DNA of 45,325 nucleotides, from positions 1 to 45,325 of the IMG/VR virus record IMGVR_UViG_3300017978_000078, one strand, 5' to 3'. Each line of letters opens with the position of its first letter. Position 1 is the stretch's first letter. The translations under genes and the position numbers were made by a program. The DNA comes from a virus (Duplodnaviria; Caudoviricetes). Shown one piece after another: positions 9,695-20,278 of this stretch. A model generated the notes under the pieces. That model had not been told where the DNA came from. It worked only from the letters and a program-made list of their open reading frames with translations, and searched no databases.

Positions 9695-9964
9695 TTATCT
9701 TCCACCATTCATGACGTTCAACAAAGCGGACGCCCAGTCCTGCCAGTCATCGTAGCTATACGGGCTTGGGATGTTCTGGTTCACGAACACATCAATCGCC
9801 AGCAAGCCAGCAGCCCAGCTCTTCCAGTCGGTGTCAGCCGTTGGGATCTGGATCGACTGAGCGGCAAACTGCTCACACACCAAAGACGCCCAGTGATCAA
9901 AGTCCATGTACCTCGGGTCATAGACCAGAGCACTCTGCAAATTAGGTGCTGTAGCCACGAACAT
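9695..9964 (-). CDS. Small hypothetical virion protein (start uncertain, possibly GTG at 9958)
   Basis: Trp-periodic [27 protein letters not shown]; fills the gap between the nozzle and ejection genes. Confidence 0.7.
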   Translation of the reverse strand: MFVATAPNLQSALVYDPRYMDFDHWASLVCEQFAAQSIQIPTADTDWKSWAAGLLAIDVFVNQNIPSPYSYDDWQDWASALLNVMNGGR

Positions 9965-12218
9965 CCCCGAGGTCTGCGTTGACGATCACTTTGCCCATCT
10001 GGAAGTTCCCTCCGGCGACGTTGGACACAAACTTCAACCTCAATTCCCGTCTTTGCTCTCTAAGGTCAATTTTCGTTGTTCCCGGCTCAAAAGGATAGGG
10101 GCCAGTCGTTTTATCTTCAGCCTGAGCGAAAGGTCGGCCGGTGATAAACAGCTCCATCGTCCCGTTTTGGATGAAATCAGGCTCCAAACGCTCAAGGTGC
10201 AGCCAGCGATTCTCGCCCATAGGGGAGGGCTGAGACGGGCCACCAGCCACCCAACCGAGGTCGCTGGTCTCGATAAACGCCGCAATCGCGTTGGCTTGGG
10301 TGAATTTCACCTCGTCTGTTCCCACCTCGTGCTGCCACAGGCTCACAAAGTTGATGGTCGAGTCCACGGTGAACTCGAAGTCCGATCCAGACCCGAACGT
10401 GGCCGTCAGCACGTCCTCGGCGGCATAGCCCGTTCCACGGTCATTTATGACGATGGACGTCACTACCCCTCCAGTGACCGTGATCGTGGCCGTAGCGCCC
10501 GATCCTGAGCCTCCTGTGAGTGGTATGTAGGAGTACGTGTCGTTCGTGTAGCCAGATCCAGCGTCGGTGATAGAGCCAGTGAACACACCACCCACAGCGT
10601 TGATGTCCACCCCGCCGTTGACAGGGAAGCGGAAGACCTGAGAGAAGTATCCGGCAGTCCTGCGTGCGCCAAGGGCCTGTCCAGCGTCGTACCAGACGTT
10701 CTCGCGGATGTTGTAGACGATGGCGTCGTTGCACTCTTCAGAGTTGCCACGGGGGTAGAACCACCAGATCTCGCCGTAACGTGGCACTTTGGTCGCGTAG
10801 ACCTTTTGCCGCTGGGAGTAGTTCAGGTTGTCGAAGAACCAGTTCTGGTTCATGGAGTTCGGGATCTCCTTGACCACACCGTTGTACAGCAGGAACCGGT
10901 CCACGCCGCACCAGTAGTAGATGCCGTCGTACTCGATGACCGACTGGCTCGACAGCATGGAGGACTGGCTGGAGATGATGTCGTAGCGCCAAAAAGTAGG
11001 GGCCGCGAAGTTCGCTGTGCCGCCGATACCCAGCGTAGTGGGAGCAAAAGACACACGGATCAGGCTGTCAAGGCTCCAAAACAGCCCAGAGGGAGCGTTC
11101 GAGCCGCCACGCACAGGAAAGCCCTGCACGATCTTGCCGGTGGACATGTTCACGGCGTTGGCTTCGGCTGAGACCCAGTCCTCCAGATTCCCGGAGGCAC
11201 AGTTGCGGATCAGACCGTCGTTGCCGTACACAAAGACGTAGGGGTGCAGGGAGACCACACCACCGGAGATGGAGACCTCGTTGTCGAAGGTCAGAGTGGC
11301 CGCAGCGGCTGTTGCTGTGGCGTTCTTGGTCAAGACCAAAGCTGTCACGGAGATGGACAGAACTCGGGTGTCGGCGGGGATTCCGGGGCCGGTCACAAGC
11401 TGGCCGGGGCCAACACTGAAGTTCGCGGCGGCAAGGGTGACGTTCGGAGATCCGCTGGTCGTTGCCCCCACCTGCGTGAACACGCCAACAGGATTCAGGT
11501 TCGTGCCATTGATGGGGCCAGCCAGCAGTGGAGTGTTGGTCTCGCTGTCGATGTCGTTCAGGTCTCTCGATGGGTGGGCCAGCAAGAGGTTGTTGCCCGA
11601 ACCGGAGGAGTCGGTGAAGGTGTCAAACTGCCACAGGTTCTCATCCGAGGGAACGAAGGCAGAGGCAGTCGTTTGAACCTGCACAGAAAAGCCTGACCCA
11701 GCCCCGCCCAGTTGCGCAGCGGTGGCTGTGAGCTTCTCGTACTGGTTGTAGCCGTATCCGCCCCCCGTGATCGTCACAGAGGTCACGACGCCGCCAGAAA
11801 CGATGATGGTGGCCGAGGCCCCTGCACCATTGCCGGAGGTCACGTAGGACAGCGCAACAGCGGTGTAGGTGGCGTCGGTGTACCCAGAACCCCCGACCAG
11901 AGCGTTTACGGTCAATACAGACCCGCCGAAGGTGTAGTCGGTGATGCCAGAGCCGATGCCGTTGCTGTCAACAGGAATGACTTGCAGGCCATCTGCGTGG
12001 CCGCTGTAGACGTTGTTGAAGTTGCTCCGTGGAACAACGAAAATGCCCCGTGAGGGGCCTGCAAGGGTGTCGGTAATTTGACGGTATCCGCCGATCTTAC
12101 GAGGGCGTCCACGCTGAAACCTGACCCACTGCCCGTCGACGTAGAACTCCTTGTCGAACAAGGTTCCGTCCCGCTGAATCCCGGGTTTGGTGTCAAGCGC
12201 GAAGACTTTTTTGGTCAT
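9942..12218 (-). CDS. Putative tail nozzle / tail tubular protein B (P22 gp10 / T7 gp12-like)
   Basis: [24 protein letters not shown] start, [26 protein letters not shown]; size and position; inserted ITxGGSGY-type beta repeats. Confidence 0.7.
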   Translation of the reverse strand: MTKKVFALDTKPGIQRDGTLFDKEFYVDGQWVRFQRGRPRKIGGYRQITDTLAGPSRGIFVVPRSNFNNVYSGHADGLQVIPVDSNGIGSGITDYTFGGSVLTVNALVGGSGYTDATYTAVALSYVTSGNGAGASATIIVSGGVVTSVTITGGGYGYNQYEKLTATAAQLGGAGSGFSVQVQTTASAFVPSDENLWQFDTFTDSSGSGNNLLLAHPSRDLNDIDSETNTPLLAGPINGTNLNPVGVFTQVGATTSGSPNVTLAAANFSVGPGQLVTGPGIPADTRVLSISVTALVLTKNATATAAAATLTFDNEVSISGGVVSLHPYVFVYGNDGLIRNCASGNLEDWVSAEANAVNMSTGKIVQGFPVRGGSNAPSGLFWSLDSLIRVSFAPTTLGIGGTANFAAPTFWRYDIISSQSSMLSSQSVIEYDGIYYWCGVDRFLLYNGVVKEIPNSMNQNWFFDNLNYSQRQKVYATKVPRYGEIWWFYPRGNSEECNDAIVYNIRENVWYDAGQALGARRTAGYFSQVFRFPVNGGVDINAVGGVFTGSITDAGSGYTNDTYSYIPLTGGSGSGATATITVTGGVVTSIVINDRGTGYAAEDVLTATFGSGSDFEFTVDSTINFVSLWQHEVGTDEVKFTQANAIAAFIETSDLGWVAGGPSQPSPMGENRWLHLERLEPDFIQNGTMELFITGRPFAQAEDKTTGPYPFEPGTTKIDLREQRRELRLKFVSNVAGGNFQMGKVIVNADLGDVRGYST

Positions 12219-13456
12219 CAGAATGCTCCGCCAGAGATGCCCGAGGTGAAGTTGCCTGTACCAGTGACTTCGATTCCATTGGCGTCAACGTCAACAATTA
12301 AGTTGCCCAGCACGGAGATGCCGAAACGGCCAGCGCCGGGGCGGTAAATACCGGTGTTTGTCTCGTTGCCAAAGTTTAGCGACGGAGAAGCGGCAGAGCC
12401 GTTCACCAAACTAAAGGCTGTGCCACCAGCTTGGGTGGTATTGGCATTCAGGATGTTCGTGGCATCGCAAATCAGCGTGGCTTGACCCGAAGCCGGAACG
12501 GTCGCTGTGTTGCCACCAACGGCTCCAGTCGAGATCGTCAGTGTGAACGAGCCAGCACTGCACTGGTTTGACACCACGTACAGGTTCACCACAGGAGGGA
12601 CGATGATGGTGACGTTACCTGTCAGGGTTCCAGTGTAGATCTGGATGGTGTTAGCCGCTTCGCTGGCCGTCAGGGTGTAGGTTCCCGAGGTCACTGGCTT
12701 AGTCAGGACACCAAACTCAAACTGGGTGCTCACGCCGTAACCCACGGTCACGTACTCCGTGCCGGTGGACACAATGAAGGCAGACTCACCCGGAGCAAAC
12801 GCCTTGCTCACCTCGCCGTCAATATCTTGGCTGCTGGTTGTCCCAATGGTGACAGTCCCGGTTCCGTTGTTCTTGAACAGAACAAACCAGTTGTCGCCAG
12901 TGGTTGCAGCCAGAGGCAGCGTTGCGGTGGTGGTTCCGCCAGACCAGACCATGGCCCTAGCCCGGTCGGTGGTCAGGAAGGTGTAGCCAGCGATCACGGA
13001 ACCAACGGGATGGCTTTGGTTCAACGTAGAACCAGAAGCCAGCAAGCCGGAGCCAGCAAGCGTTGCAGCATCAGCAGAGGAGGTTCCAGTGCCAAAGGCG
13101 ATGTTGCCCCATGTGCCCTGCTCGTTGGCGTTGGTCTTGATGTAGACGTACTTGGCCTCACCCGGAGCCACGGTGATGATCGTGCCGCCCCCGTTGTAAG
13201 TGCTGACCGTAAACGAATTAGAGCCGACGTTGCGGATCAAAGAGTCGTTACCGACCGATGCTTGGTTCGCAGGGGGCATGAACAGGGACAGACCACCAGC
13301 GGTGGCTGTGACGTCCATGATCCGGGCGACGTAGTCATCCGTGGCGTTGCCGTTGATGGGCCACTCCAGTTGGGTGTTGGCCGCAAGGGTGACGGAACGG
13401 TAAGAAACGTCCGTTGGCTGGATGACGTTGCCTGTGAAGGGGCTGTTGTAACTCAT
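12218..13456 (-). CDS. Tail structural protein
   Basis: Thr/Gly-rich beta protein with [20 protein letters not shown] motif; ends GISGGAF. Confidence 0.65.
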   Translation of the reverse strand: MSYNSPFTGNVIQPTDVSYRSVTLAANTQLEWPINGNATDDYVARIMDVTATAGGLSLFMPPANQASVGNDSLIRNVGSNSFTVSTYNGGGTIITVAPGEAKYVYIKTNANEQGTWGNIAFGTGTSSADAATLAGSGLLASGSTLNQSHPVGSVIAGYTFLTTDRARAMVWSGGTTTATLPLAATTGDNWFVLFKNNGTGTVTIGTTSSQDIDGEVSKAFAPGESAFIVSTGTEYVTVGYGVSTQFEFGVLTKPVTSGTYTLTASEAANTIQIYTGTLTGNVTIIVPPVVNLYVVSNQCSAGSFTLTISTGAVGGNTATVPASGQATLICDATNILNANTTQAGGTAFSLVNGSAASPSLNFGNETNTGIYRPGAGRFGISVLGNLIVDVDANGIEVTGTGNFTSGISGGAF

Positions 13457-13465
13457 GATTGATCC

Positions 13466-14101
13466 TTAACTATCTACGGCAACCGCCTGACGGTCGGCCA
13501 CACGAAGCCTGTCTTCTGCCACCAGAACGTCCATGGCCTGCTGGTACAGGGCCTGCCACAACTGGACACGGTCGTCGTTCTTGAGGAACGGCATAGCCTG
13601 AAGCAAAGTTCCATATAGCAGTGCCTGCGGCGCATAGGTGGTGAACCAGTTGGTCTGGTTGGACGAGTCCAAAGGCTGAAGGCGCTCGTAGTAGAGCACC
13701 TCGAAGACGTAGTCATCGTCCGGAGTGGGGGCGACCATCCAGTGGGTGTAGTCGTAGTCGCAGTAGAACTTGGGCACGCCCGTCGCGGCAGGATCAGGCC
13801 AATACTCGCGCAGGTACTCGTAGCGGCGCAGGAGGACGGGCTGGCGCTTGCCTGCCACGGTGATGTTCATCGAGACGGTTTTGTGCCAACGGGCTGGCTT
13901 GTCGATCACGTTGGCGTTCGTGACCATGGTGCTGGTTTGCACCGTCATGTTGCCCAAGAACTTGATCTGAGCAGCGATGGTCTGCTCGGCCAGCATGATG
14001 AACAGAGGGATCTTTTCCAGCGTAGCTGTATCCGTCCGCTCCAGATAGGACTGGACGTTCTCGACCAAGCTGTCGTAGGTCATCACACTGGCTGACGGCA
14101 T
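13466..14101 (-). CDS. Putative tail tubular protein A / head-tail adaptor
   Basis: TYDSLVENVQSYLER..IPLFIMLAE, GVPKFY, VAPTPD, NWFTTYAPQALLYGTLLQA; position before the nozzle. Confidence 0.7.
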   Translation of the reverse strand: MPSASVMTYDSLVENVQSYLERTDTATLEKIPLFIMLAEQTIAAQIKFLGNMTVQTSTMVTNANVIDKPARWHKTVSMNITVAGKRQPVLLRRYEYLREYWPDPAATGVPKFYCDYDYTHWMVAPTPDDDYVFEVLYYERLQPLDSSNQTNWFTTYAPQALLYGTLLQAMPFLKNDDRVQLWQALYQQAMDVLVAEDRLRVADRQAVAVDS

Positions 14102-14168
14102 AGGCCCACCTTTTTCTTGATTGATTCGGGACGCATAGAAAAGCTCCAGATTTTCAGCATTTTCGCAC

Positions 14169-14684
14169 TTAACTCAGAAAAAGGGAACGCTCTGCCTCCC
14201 GGCGGCGCACCAGACCCGGCAAAACCTTACCGCCACCTTTCGTCCAGACCATGAACGCCTCGGCTGCACCCTCCCAGTCACCCCGATTGGCCCTCATGCG
14301 AATGGTGCTGCGCTGGAGGTTTCCTAGCCCGAAATTGAAGGATATAGAGACCAGAGCGTCAAAGCTGCCTTGACGGCCAACCACGCCGGGAACAAGTCGA
14401 AGAACACCACGTTCAAAAGTTGCGACGTCAGTGCGGAATAGTTCGTCGATCTCTGCTTTAGTCCAGACACGGTTGTCCTCCGGTTTCAGTGGCATCTCTT
14501 TGCGGATCATGGGGATGTCAGCCTGCGTCTTGCCTTCTGGCCGCACCACGGGCAATCTGATCTGCTCTTGGTACAGGACGTGGCCGTAGCCAATCGTCCA
14601 GATGTGGGCCGGGCAAAGGTAAGGCCGAGAGCGAAAGCCCTCGTACTTGTGCATCAGGTCTTCACCAGCCTTGCTGAGTTTCAT
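14169..14684 (-). CDS. Endolysin, GH24 (T4/P21-like) lysozyme
   Basis: YEGFRSRPYLCPAHIWTIGYGH (E-x8-C-x5-T), FDALVSISFNFGLG, LPGLVRRREAER. Confidence 0.92.
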   Translation of the reverse strand: MKLSKAGEDLMHKYEGFRSRPYLCPAHIWTIGYGHVLYQEQIRLPVVRPEGKTQADIPMIRKEMPLKPEDNRVWTKAEIDELFRTDVATFERGVLRLVPGVVGRQGSFDALVSISFNFGLGNLQRSTIRMRANRGDWEGAAEAFMVWTKGGGKVLPGLVRRREAERSLFLS

Positions 14685-15184
14685 TTCTTAGCCCAGTTAC
14701 GGCTCCCGAACCAGAAGCCGATGATCCCCCCCAACATAGCCATCTCGTCGCTGGAAAACAGAAGCTCCGAGTAGCGGATCACGTCGTCCATGCTCTGGAT
14801 CAACTGGGGGTTGTTCCACAGGTAAAAGCACATGAACACGTTGATGGCAACCAGCTCGAAGACGAAGATGTAAGTCACCGTGGGGCGGACAGTGCCCACG
14901 TAGTTGGCAACCCACTTGCTGGCCTTTTCCAGCACCTTCTCGTCGTGCTTGAGTGCAGCTTCAGTCATCTGAGCGTCGGTCTGCATGGCGACCTGCTCGG
15001 TGCGGATTTCCTCGACACGGGCCTGAGCCGCAAAGCCAGCAGCGGCCAGTTGCAGTTCACGCTCAGTCTGGACCCGGGCCAGCGCCAGCTCGTGCTTTTG
15101 GTCTGCCTTATTCTGGAAGTGCTCCAGCAGCTTGGGCAAGCCGGAGATCAGCAGACCCCCAAGGGTTGAGATGAGAGACAGCAT
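14681..15184 (-). CDS. Putative holin
   Basis: VRPTVTY followed by a TM helix and IIGFWFGSR; directly upstream of the lysozyme. Confidence 0.65.
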   Translation of the reverse strand: MLSLISTLGGLLISGLPKLLEHFQNKADQKHELALARVQTERELQLAAAGFAAQARVEEIRTEQVAMQTDAQMTEAALKHDEKVLEKASKWVANYVGTVRPTVTYIFVFELVAINVFMCFYLWNNPQLIQSMDDVIRYSELLFSSDEMAMLGGIIGFWFGSRNWAKK

Positions 15185-15195
15185 TTACTTTCCTT

Positions 15196-15648
15196 TCACT
15201 TATGACCTTTGATCTGCTCGACGACCCATATTCCAACAGCCATCATTGCAGTAAACAGTACACCGATGGCCGTCCACATGGCAACCATCCACATCTTGGC
15301 TCGGCGTGCAGCGGCTCTGCGCAGCTCTGCTCGTTCTTCGGCATCCCGCTTTTGCTTGGCTTCCTTTTGGAACTTCAGCCAGTCTGCCCACATACCTGCT
15401 CGGCCTTGGTAGATCATCATCTCCCGCAGCTCGTTCTCCTGCTTCTTGAGCTTCTCAAGCGCAAAGAACTCCTCAATGTCGCTCCTGCCTGCGTCCCGTG
15501 CTTTCTTCTGGTACTTCTTCTGGATCGCAGATTTGCTGTCGAAATACTGGAAGATTGCTTGCCCGGCGTTCATCAGGTCACCTGAGTTCTGCACCGCTTC
15601 CTTAATCACTGCGAAAGCTGCATTCGCCGCCGCCAACTCAACCAACAT
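15196..15648 (-). CDS. Hypothetical membrane protein (lysis cassette)
   Basis: Coiled-coil body with a C-terminal TM segment (MWMVAMWTAIGVLFTAMMAVGIWVV). Confidence 0.7.
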   Translation of the reverse strand: MLVELAAANAAFAVIKEAVQNSGDLMNAGQAIFQYFDSKSAIQKKYQKKARDAGRSDIEEFFALEKLKKQENELREMMIYQGRAGMWADWLKFQKEAKQKRDAEERAELRRAAARRAKMWMVAMWTAIGVLFTAMMAVGIWVVEQIKGHK

Positions 15649-15651
15649 ACT

Positions 15652-15726
15652 TCACCCCACAAACAACCGGGCCACCATCAAAAGCCACCACACCACGACG
15701 ATGATGATGGCTATTTTTACCTTCAC
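15652..15726 (-). CDS. Small single-TM peptide (24 aa, not in the ORF track)
   Basis: GTG start overlapping the upstream TGA (GTGA); MKVKIAIIIVVVWWLLMVARLFVG*; fills the intergenic gap. Confidence 0.5.
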   Translation of the reverse strand: MKVKIAIIIVVVWWLLMVARLFVG

Positions 15727-16142
15727 TCAGCACCTTTTGAGGTGGTGATCGAGTCGTCGCCCTTGGCGACCGTTACCTTGTCGCCTTCGACTGTGACCTT
15801 CATGGGCTGCTCTTTGCGGTCCAGTCGGTCGAGCTTTTCGATCAAATTCTTGATGACCTCGAACTCGGGTTTCTCCTGCTTGGCAGATGCGCCAGCAATA
15901 CCAGAGATCATGGCAATCAGCGCAGTCAGAGCAGCAGATACCAGACCGATCACAGCGGCGATCTTGGACTCTTCCAGCACCACGGAAGCACCAACACCCA
16001 CGATGATGATCACGGTGATGTACAGCAGGCCGTGCTTGCCGATGGCCTTGCCAGCCACGTCTTTGGCTGTGCTCTGAGCTTCGAGCCGGTTGAGTTCAGC
16101 CCGGGCCTGCTCCCGGAACATCTTGAGTTCTTGGTCTTCCAT
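15723..16142 (-). CDS. Hypothetical 2-TM membrane protein (holin/antiholin-like)
   Basis: Two hydrophobic segments LLYITVIIIVGVGASVVL and IAAVIGLVSAALTALIAMI. Confidence 0.65.
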   Translation of the reverse strand: MEDQELKMFREQARAELNRLEAQSTAKDVAGKAIGKHGLLYITVIIIVGVGASVVLEESKIAAVIGLVSAALTALIAMISGIAGASAKQEKPEFEVIKNLIEKLDRLDRKEQPMKVTVEGDKVTVAKGDDSITTSKGAE

Positions 16143-16145
16143 ACA

Positions 16146-16238
16146 TCACCCCAATAAAAGAAAGACGGCCCGAGCCGTCCAAACAGTCAATGCGACCAGA
16201 CTGGCTGCTGCAACGAAGGCAACAAGCCAGTCCCTCAT
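16146..16238 (-). CDS. Small single-TM peptide (30 aa, not in the ORF track)
   Basis: MRDWLVAFVAAASLVALTVWTARAVFLLLG*; fills the gap between neighbouring genes. Confidence 0.5.
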   Translation of the reverse strand: MRDWLVAFVAAASLVALTVWTARAVFLLLG

Positions 16239-16240
16239 GA

Positions 16241-16444
16241 TCAGAGTCCAAAGATCTTCTTGACCATCTCAGCCGCCACACCGGGGCCGAGCAAGACAGC
16301 AGCGATCACCCCATACAGGAGATACTCGATCTTGGTCATGCGCTTTTCGCCAACGTCAAGAGAATGGTTGATCTTCTCGTAACGCTGGGCGCAAACAGCC
16401 TCGTGAACAGACAAACGGGTCTCCACAGATTCCTCCGCCATCAC
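16241..16444 (-). CDS. Small coiled-coil plus TM protein (XhlA-like)
   Basis: RLSVHEAVCAQRYEKI..RMTKIEYLLYGVIAAVLLG. Confidence 0.7.
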   Translation of the reverse strand: MMAEESVETRLSVHEAVCAQRYEKINHSLDVGEKRMTKIEYLLYGVIAAVLLGPGVAAEMVKKIFGL

Positions 16445-16602
16445 TCATCCTTGTTTTCGCCCTCTGGAGGGGCAAGTTGCGCATCAGCTTGGGTCTTGAT
16501 CTTCATCGCCACAGGGTATGCGCCTGACTTTGTGGGCAACTCACTGAGGCCAGCCAGAATCAGGTTGATGTCGTCGATGGTAAGGTTTTCAAGTGTGATC
16601 AT
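16441..16602 (-). CDS. Small hypothetical protein (53 aa, not in the ORF track)
   Basis: MITLENLTIDDINLILAGLSELPTKSGAYPVAMKIKTQADAQLAPPEGENKDE*; start overlaps the upstream stop. Confidence 0.7.
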   Translation of the reverse strand: MITLENLTIDDINLILAGLSELPTKSGAYPVAMKIKTQADAQLAPPEGENKDE

Positions 16603-17093
16603 GGTTGTGCAGGCCAGTCAATAGTCCAAGGAAATCCGGCTTGAGCGCTGATGTCGCGCAGGGCTTGGCGATATGCAGCCCATGCAGCTTTGTCTACGGG
16701 GGAATCAGCCACCTGTGTCCAATCGCTGTCTTTTAGCATTTGAGTGCGTGAGGCGCGGATAGACTTGGCCTGCTCAGCGTCTTTCATGGCCTTGTACGCA
16801 GCCTCCTGCTCGGCAGCGGTGGCTTCTGCGTTGTCGGCGAACACTGGGCCAAGGATGTACTTGGTGTACCACTTGCCTTCGATCTGCTCCACACCATCGC
16901 GCTGGCTGTACTGGTACACCGTACCGCCAGTAGCCTGTGGGCCTTCAAATACGACATCCGCACCGCGAGAGTCAAGCCAATCCTCGGTTTGTGGAGCCAC
17001 GGTGATCAGCTCACCGGGGTTTTGTGTAAGCAGCAAGTCCCGGAACTCGCTCCAAAACATTACTGCGCCTGTTTCTCTGATTCTGATTTGCAT
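16599..17093 (-). CDS. Tail fibre assembly chaperone
   Basis: C-terminal RTQMLKDSDWTQVADSP..WAAYRQALRDI..GFPWTIDWP. Confidence 0.85.
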   Translation of the reverse strand: MQIRIRETGAVMFWSEFRDLLLTQNPGELITVAPQTEDWLDSRGADVVFEGPQATGGTVYQYSQRDGVEQIEGKWYTKYILGPVFADNAEATAAEQEAAYKAMKDAEQAKSIRASRTQMLKDSDWTQVADSPVDKAAWAAYRQALRDISAQAGFPWTIDWPAQP

Positions 17094-17102
17094 GATGGTT
17101 CC

Positions 17103-19139
17103 TTATGCGATTGCCAAGAAGATGTAGCTGACGCCGTTGCTGTTTGCCAAGTTGCCGCCAGCGTTGCTCAGTTCAAAGCCAGATGCAGCGGTGTCCACCC
17201 AGTCCGTGGTGGTGACTTCAGCGGCGGTTGAATTCAAAGCAAGGTACGGATCGTTACCCGCTACGATACCCCGGGCACTATCCCAAATTAGCCAACCCCC
17301 TGTTGTGCTGGTAGCTTTGATCAGAACGAAGCGTGCTCCGGTGGTAAAGCCGCAGTTGATGACTTGGGTTGCGCCCGTTCCGGTGAAAGAGCCAACTTTG
17401 CTCACGCCGGGGCACGAAGCAAAGAGGTATGCGACAAATGTCTCTCCACTTGCGGACGCAACGCCCTCAACCGTAAAAGTGGTCGATGTAGCTGCGCTAA
17501 CGCTGGTATACGCCGTTTCTGCGTTTGTCAGGTTGAGGAAAAGTGTGTTTGATGTCCCCCTTGCAGACGAGTACACAGTCCAGTCATACGCGCCGCTTCT
17601 GCGTTTAGAAATTACAAGCTCTGGAGTTACGGTTAAGTTGTGGTTCAGAGTCAGTGAAGAACCCGTCCCCGTGTAGCAAACCACATCCATGTAGCCCGGC
17701 GCACGGGCAAAACCCCACGTCATGTAGTTGTTGATGGCCGTGTTCCACCAGCCGTTCATGCGATCCCAAATCTGGTTTGAGTTTGCAGACTCGGCATTGG
17801 TGTTTGTTGAGTTTAGTGTTGGATTGCCCATCAACCGAGCACCCCACGCAAACTTATCAGAACCAGCCCGAGAGCCAATAAAACCAGCGTCAGTGACAAA
17901 GCCAGTGATCGCGCCAGTTGTGGGTGATGCTGGGACCAGATACGGTGTAAACACACTCGTCCCGGTCGTAGGAGTCTTCATCGGGCCACGGCGTATGGCG
18001 ATGTAGATGTAGGTTGAGCCGGTTGCGTTTAGCGTATTACTTGCGCTTGCCACTACAAAACCTGTAGCGGTCAGATCAATCCAATTTGTATTATTTATCT
18101 CGGCACCAGTTGTATTTGCGTACAAAGTTGCGTCCGTGCCCCCTGAAGCAATACCTCGCATATTATCCAAGATAAACCAATCGCCAGTATTATTATCGAT
18201 TCTTTTAACCATCAGCCATTGAGGCTCATAACCAAGCGTGATGGTATTTCCAGAAGTGTTATTGCCCGTGTATGACCCGCACGAAATCACATTGTCCGTA
18301 CCAGACGGGCCAAAACCTCCCGCATTATGGGCGAACAAGTAGGCGACATAAGTTGTGCCGCTGCCATTTGTGTTGGTGCTGGTTCCAAGACTAAATACCG
18401 TACTTGTTGGGGCTGTGTTATTGAACCAATCAGATGACCCGCTGAATGCGTCTATATTGTTCAAATTACCACCACCTGTTGCCCCGTAAGATCGGTGATA
18501 CACCGCCCAAGGATTTGCCGCACTTGTGGCTTTTATAATCATGCAGCCGGGCACAGACTCAAGGTTATGCGCGATCTGCCTTCCATTTACGCCATTCCCC
18601 GTATACGTCACCACATCAAAGAACTTCGGCTGCTCCCTGAAGGTCCATGAGGCGTATGTGTCTCCTGATGCGCTAATGTCAGTACCGACAGAAAATCCAT
18701 CACTGTTGAAGGCTGTAACAGAATTGGCCCTCGTTCCGGACGCTGCTGCGCTGTTTGAGATCAATCGCTGAAGCGACCCACGGGCGGTGTCGTATAAAGC
18801 ATGGTTAAACGCTTGATTTCGCGTTTTCGTCCAAACCAACCCACCCTTACCCGCCAGATCAATACCGTTGGTGATTGTTTGTGCCGATCCTGTGCCAGAA
18901 ATTAGCCAAGTGCTGAAGACGTCTTCGATGTAGACGGGGATAACATTTGATGTGCCGTAAAAGTTTTGCACACTCAAAGCACCGCTGCTTGGCACAGCAC
19001 CAAAAGTACCTGTTGTTCCAGCAGGGACCAGTCCACCACCAGCGTAATACTCGTTCATCCCAATAGGGTTAGTTCCGCCAAACTCGCCTTGAATGTCGTT
19101 TAGCGAAAGGGGACCAGAAGATGGCAACGGCATGATCAA
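17103..19139 (-). CDS. Tail-fibre-associated / receptor-binding protein with repeated beta domains
   Basis: LPSSGPLSLNDIQGEFGG N-terminus; repeated FDVVTYTGNG / CGSYTGN / DVVCYTGTG / KVGSFTGTG units. Confidence 0.7.
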   Translation of the reverse strand: MIMPLPSSGPLSLNDIQGEFGGTNPIGMNEYYAGGGLVPAGTTGTFGAVPSSGALSVQNFYGTSNVIPVYIEDVFSTWLISGTGSAQTITNGIDLAGKGGLVWTKTRNQAFNHALYDTARGSLQRLISNSAAASGTRANSVTAFNSDGFSVGTDISASGDTYASWTFREQPKFFDVVTYTGNGVNGRQIAHNLESVPGCMIIKATSAANPWAVYHRSYGATGGGNLNNIDAFSGSSDWFNNTAPTSTVFSLGTSTNTNGSGTTYVAYLFAHNAGGFGPSGTDNVISCGSYTGNNTSGNTITLGYEPQWLMVKRIDNNTGDWFILDNMRGIASGGTDATLYANTTGAEINNTNWIDLTATGFVVASASNTLNATGSTYIYIAIRRGPMKTPTTGTSVFTPYLVPASPTTGAITGFVTDAGFIGSRAGSDKFAWGARLMGNPTLNSTNTNAESANSNQIWDRMNGWWNTAINNYMTWGFARAPGYMDVVCYTGTGSSLTLNHNLTVTPELVISKRRSGAYDWTVYSSARGTSNTLFLNLTNAETAYTSVSAATSTTFTVEGVASASGETFVAYLFASCPGVSKVGSFTGTGATQVINCGFTTGARFVLIKATSTTGGWLIWDSARGIVAGNDPYLALNSTAAEVTTTDWVDTAASGFELSNAGGNLANSNGVSYIFLAIA

Positions 19140-20278
19140 CCCTTCATCAGTGTAGCAACAAGCGCTTCAAGTTTGGCAATCCGGGTTTCCTGCTCGGCAA
19201 CAGCGGCCAAAGCCAACGAGCTGAGTTTCTCGTAGTCCACAGCAAGAGAGCCGTCTTGGCGAGTGCGGACCGCAAGCGGGAACACCTTCTGAACGTCCTG
19301 AGCAATAACGCCGAAGTCATGCTTCTGAACGAAGTACCCGTCCGCTCCGCCGTGGTCAGCGATGTAAGCGTCCGTCCAGTCGAACAACTTGCCACCGATA
19401 GCCGCTGCCGTAGCTGCTGCGTTGGGGATGTCACGCACGTTCTCTTTAAACTTGATGTCCGAGGAGAAGTAAGCAGTGATGTTGCCTGTGGCGTAGATTG
19501 CACCTGCGCCGGGGTCTGAGGTTGTGCCAACTGAGAAACCACCAGTCGCTGAAAAACGAGCGCTTTCGCTCCAAGAAGTATTTGGGTATCTAAAAAACAG
19601 GATCTCAGCAGTCGGCCCCATTTGCATAGAGGCGGCATACGTACTACCGCCTGTCACACTTTGGAAGTAGTAATTGGGACCTGTGCCGATGCTTGCACTT
19701 CCATCCGCGAACGCTCCAAATCTAGGTAATGTTCCTTGAACTCGAATGCCGCCCAAAGACGCGCCACCGTCAACCACCATTCGATAAGTAGCACTAGGGG
19801 TCGTGCCTACACTAAAACTAGTGCCATCGTATTGTAAGCTAGAGCCGCTGGTTAAAACCTTTGAACCATTCAAATAGGGCACACCATTGGCTGTGCCGCC
19901 ATTCAGAGTAACAGTAGATGATGTTGTGAGTGTTGTAAATGCCCCAGTGCTCGGTGTGGTGGCACCAACGGTGCCATTATGAGGCCCGGCCAAACCTGCA
20001 GCAGTCAGCGTTGTACCGTCGAATGTCAAATTGGCAGAACCGGCAAAAGAGCCGGAGCTGTTGTACTGCACTTGCGTGTTGGAGCCACCGGGAGTCGTCG
20101 GTGTAGTCGCGGCGTTCGACGCTAAAAGCTTCACAACACCTGCGGCGTTCTTGAAGTAGAGCTTCTCGTCTGTCAGGTTAATGGCAAGTTCGCCATCAGC
20201 CAAGTTGCCAGCCGTTGGCGTGGCGGATGCTGTACTGGTTCGGTACAGTTGAATTGGGGTGAAGCCTGTTGCAGCCAT
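19136..20278 (-). CDS. Tail fibre with C-terminal intramolecular chaperone (peptidase S74-like)
   Basis: SSDIKFKENV..FDW..DFGVIAQDVQKVFPLAV..LAVDYEKL plus coiled coil; N-terminal IQLYRTST..GELAINLTDEKLYF. Confidence 0.85.
   Translation of the reverse strand: MAATGFTPIQLYRTSTASATPTAGNLADGELAINLTDEKLYFKNAAGVVKLLASNAATTPTTPGGSNTQVQYNSSGSFAGSANLTFDGTTLTAAGLAGPHNGTVGATTPSTGAFTTLTTSSTVTLNGGTANGVPYLNGSKVLTSGSSLQYDGTSFSVGTTPSATYRMVVDGGASLGGIRVQGTLPRFGAFADGSASIGTGPNYYFQSVTGGSTYAASMQMGPTAEILFFRYPNTSWSESARFSATGGFSVGTTSDPGAGAIYATGNITAYFSSDIKFKENVRDIPNAAATAAAIGGKLFDWTDAYIADHGGADGYFVQKHDFGVIAQDVQKVFPLAVRTRQDGSLAVDYEKLSSLALAAVAEQETRIAKLEALVATLMKG

Noticed and set aside
19030-19052. YYAGGGLV in the 678-aa tail protein (also QYAGGDG in the capsid protein and MKGG in the 1283-aa protein) as GG-system sites
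   Set aside because: They appear to lie within folded domains or fit the consensus poorly; Gly-rich tail proteins give chance matches
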